64,000 bases of DNA, from the NCBI RefSeq assembly GCF_009914755.1, contig NC_060925.1. One strand, given 5' to 3'. The position numbers and the translations under genes were made by a program. Source of the DNA: the human T2T-CHM13v2.0 reference genome, Homo sapiens. How positions within the stretch are numbered: position 1 is the first letter of the stretch; every line of letters starts with the position of its first letter. This document shows positions 60,561 through 64,000 of this stretch, piece by piece. Below the pieces are notes generated by a model. The model made no database searches. It was given only the letters and a program-made list of their open reading frames with translations, and was not told the origin of the DNA.

Positions 60561-61699
60561 TCACTTTAAGAAAATCTCTCTCTGATTTTCCATACCTCTG
60601 TATCATTACATTCAAGTCTTCCACTTCTCCAACTTCAACTCTATTTCTTTTCCCTGCTTCCCTTTTGCTTCTCACTGGCTGTATCTGGATATTTCAAAAG
60701 TACAGAATAAGTTGTTCAATTTAGAAGGGATTCTGAAAACACAAATCCAAATTTTACAAAGTAAAATTATGACATGATAATAATGGTGCACTCTGAAATA
60801 AAGTGCACAGAAAATGCCAAAGAATATAAAAACCAAATATAAGGCAGCCCCGTCCATTTCAGATCCACAAGGTCACAGGATTAGGACCTAATTATAAATA
60901 ATAACCCAAATAACTCTTTTCCTTTCAGAAAGCATACATACATACACACAACCCTGGAGAAAGTCTTTTCCAACTACAGTCCTCCTCCCACTCCCCAAAT
61001 GCATTAACTTCAATGTTTTAGAAAGCACTAGAGTCACTGCCAAATAGTTGAGGTTATCCATCAGATGTTCCCCAAGGTGAGCCTTCTCCTGACAACTACA
61101 GCATGAGATTATTGTGTATATATAGATCACTGTCATGCACAGGACAGGCACATGACAAATGTGCATTAAAATGAAGGCTGCACATGGCACCACTGTAGCC
61201 CTAGACTGCAAACTCATTGGCATTCCAAGAACTTCACAAATAGCACAATAATGTGACTTTTCTTTTTTAAAAAGGACACTATGTAGCTTGTAAAATTAAT
61301 CTTAGAGGCACATCATATTAATCATGGTTCCATTACTTAGCAGTCTTCATTTTCATTCAAAATATGAAATTTCCAAGATTAAGATGATTTGGATTTACAA
61401 ATCTTGTAAAATTCAAGCATTTGTATGAGAATAAATCACTACTAAAGGAATTGATGTCATCAATATCTTTTACTCCTTATATCTAATTGCAACACTGGGC
61501 ATTAAAGTGAGAGTTTTACTGGAGGAAGGACAGCAAGAAAGGCTAATTTTGGAGCCCTGGAGAACAGTGATCAACAGGAGGGCAGTGTAATGAGATAGTC
61601 ATAGGAGAGACTGAAAGTGGGAGGGGGCATGGAAAGGGAGAACTTGAAGACAAACATAAATGTGATCTGTTTTCACAACATGGTCAGGGCCTCACTCTG

Positions 61700-61890
61700 C
61701 TAACATTTGTATGTACGCTAGTACTTAGTCTCTATCAGGCACAGTTCTAAGCCCTCATTTACTTAACAATAGATACTACTTTCATCCCCATTTTATAGTT
61801 GCAAAAACCAAGGCCCAAAGAGGTTGAGTACCATGCAAAGCTTCACAGCTAGTTAGTGGCAGAGCTGGGATTCAACACCAGGCACCACTT
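61700..61890. mobile_element. MIR
   Basis: catccccattttatag...ggcagagctgggattcaac. Confidence 0.75.
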
Positions 61891-62060
61891 CATAATCATG
61901 AATTATCATTTTACACAGCATGCAATCTAGAACAATCACTTTCAATCTTGTTTTTAACCATAATCCTTCCAGTAAGAATACATGACTCAGTACACCAAAA
62001 CATAAGTAACAGAAATAGAAGTTTTGTGAAATAATACTTTTACCAAATGTAATGCATTTG

Positions 62061-62192
62061 GTAGTCCCAGCTACTGGGAATGGATGAGGAAGGCTGAGGG
62101 AGGAGGTTGAGGCTGCAGTGAGCCATGATTGCACCACTGCACTTCAGCCTGGGTGACAATGAGACCCTGTCTCAAAAAGTAAAATAAAATAA
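62061..62192 (+). mobile_element. Alu right-arm fragment (FRAM/AluJ-like)
   Basis: gtagtcccagctact...gagaccctgtctcaaaaa. Confidence 0.85.
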
Positions 62193-62195
62193 AGT

Positions 62196-62284
62196 AACTT
62201 TTTCTATTGGTTATATGTTGAAATGATGCCTTGGATATATTAAGTAAATTATATTGCTAAAATTAATATTACCTTTTTCAAAAC

Positions 62285-62315
<31 letters not shown>

Positions 62316-62556
62316 TTTTTGAGACAGTCTCGCTCTGTCACCCAGGCTGAAGTGCAGTGACATGATCTGGGTTCACTGCAACTTCCACCTCCCAGGTTGA
62401 AGCGATTCTCCTGCCTCAGCCTCCACAGTAGTTGGGACTACAGGCATGTGCCACCATGCCTGGCTAATTTTTGTATTTAAAAAAGTTTTTTTAATGTGGC
62501 TACTTGAAAATTTTAAATGACCTATGTGGCACTTAATATTTCTATTGGACAGTGCT
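62196..62556. mobile_element. MER33-like hAT MITE (partial)
   Basis: atgttgaaatgat...ttaatgtggctact...atatttctattggacagtgct. Confidence 0.75.
62285..62478 (-). mobile_element. 5'-truncated AluS (right arm only)
   Basis: Poly-T plus reverse right arm, ending at the linker aatttttgtattt. Confidence 0.9.
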
Positions 62557-62559
62557 TTC

Positions 62560-63390
62560 TGCTCATTCAGGCCAAAAACCTTGGAGTCATCCTTGACTCC
62601 TTTCTCCACCAATCCTGTAGGTTCTATCTTCAAAATAGTCCAGAATTCAGCAACTACACCACCTGCTATACCACCTCCCCCCCATCACCCCCAACCCCCC
62701 GACACAGAGAAAACACACACAAGTCACTTTCTCTTGCTTGAATAACTAAAATAGCTTTCTAACTGGTCTCCTTGCTTCCTTCCTTGCTACACTCTACAGT
62801 TTATTCAACTATTTCCCATAAAGTTGCGGAGCGATCCTTTTAAAAGGTCAATCAGATTATGTCACTCCTCTGTTCAAAATCTCCATGGCTTTTTTTCCAA
62901 AGTTTAAAAGCCCAAGTCCTTGCAATGGCCTACAAAGCCTTAAAAGATCTGGTCACCCGTCTGTGCTCCTGATCCCTTCTCCTGCCCCATCTGTCTGTCC
63001 TAATCTCTTACCACTCTCTTCTTCACTCAGCTATGGTGATCTTCTTCGGTTCACCAAGTATGCTCCTGCCTCATGGCCTTTGTACTTCCTATACCTCTAC
63101 ATGTAACCCTCTACCTTAGACTTCTTCTTTCTCGCAGTTTGGCATCACTTTACTGAACGTTATATTTAGAAATGCAAACCTCTCTCTGCTTACTCTTCCA
63201 CACTTCCCCCTTCCTATTATATATAGGATATAACATATCCTTCTTATTATATAGGATATATTATATCCTGTATAATTTATTTAATTTATCTGTCTCCCAC
63301 CAATAAAATGTAGGAGTTCCTTGAGGGCAGTGACTGTTTTATTGCTGCATTCCCAGCACCTTATGTGCCTGGCAAATAGTAGGGGCCAGA
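62560..63390 (+). mobile_element. L2 3' region
   Basis: ggccaaaaaccttggagtcatccttgactcc...ttccttgagggcag...gtgcctggca..tagtagg. Confidence 0.8.
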
Positions 63391-63699
63391 AAATGAGCTG
63401 TGGGTTCCCAAAGTCAGTTACGGACCATTTGCAACTAGCCATTCTCAGAAATCTACAGAAATAAACAAATACTTCAGTATGGGGTTTTTTTTTTTAACTT
63501 ATATCCTCTTTGGACCTACAGTCATTCCACAATAAAGAATGCAAGAATCTTCTCCACACGCCACAAGTCTTAGTTAACCAAATCTTCTGTCCATTTTCTC
63601 ATAACCATTAGGAGCCCTCCAAAAGCCCTGGAAGATGGGTTTTCCTTTACCCTCAGGCATTAAATCTCCTTAAGCATCTGCAAAAAGTTCTGAGTTACT

Positions 63700-64000
63700 G
63701 GCCTAACATAAGTGCAGCTTAATCTCAGACGATCTCCGGGTCTATCTAGTGTACATGAGGTACACCCGGACACCGTTAAGTATCAGTGGTGTTTGCACTC
63801 TCGATGGTTTGCAGACTGGCCACACCTTACCTACTGGGTCTGCATTCAGGAACATGTGTCCTGTCTGTTAGCACTAGAAGTGATGGACACGTGTTGGCTG
63901 GAATGTCAAGGCTGTAGCCAGGCCCCTTATTTTAGACACTTAGAAATCAGGACTCTGAGAACTTAGGCCAAGTAAAAATTATCAAAACAAAGAAACAAAA
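63700..64000. promoter_or_regulatory. Probable CpG-island shore / upstream promoter region
   Basis: Non-repeat sequence with several CpGs clustered at 63730-63805 and an E-box ACACGTGT at 63887-63894. Confidence 0.4.

Noticed and set aside
63209-63268. Short tandem duplications (also 5339-5412, 27009-27040)
   Set aside because: They are ordinary slippage events within decayed repeats.

Overview
Human (primate) intergenic DNA, AT-rich and mostly interspersed repeats. I can support no intact protein-coding exon: all long ORFs come from L1, SVA, Alu, LTR or simple repeats. Main content: (1) a nested insertion complex at 6943-17441, in which an L2 is interrupted by a MaLR provirus with non-matching LTRs (MLT1A on the left, ERVL MLT2 on the right); this provirus carries a HERV-K LTR5A solo LTR, a full-length L1PA6 (with an AluY in ORF1 and a recognisable ORF0) and a micro-L1; (2) an hY3 RNA pseudogene; (3) a 3'UTR-only mRNA retrocopy on the minus strand, interrupted by a full SVA with a variant hexamer; (4) a full-length RPL39 processed pseudogene; (5) LTR5B and MER9 solo LTRs, THE1/MLT/LTR33 LTRs, L1PB1/L1MA/L1MB/L1PA2 pieces, about 30 Alus (some re-using the same target site) and MER5/MER20/MER33/MER47 DNA transposons. 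CpG density rises in the last ~300 bp, suggesting a promoter just beyond the window. From memory only and unverified, the layout fits the FRRS1-AGL interval at 1p21.2. I see no convincing new gene system; the most unusual signal is the heterologous-LTR MaLR/ERVL chimera. Subfamily calls were made by eye against remembered consensus sequences and need RepeatMasker/Dfam confirmation.
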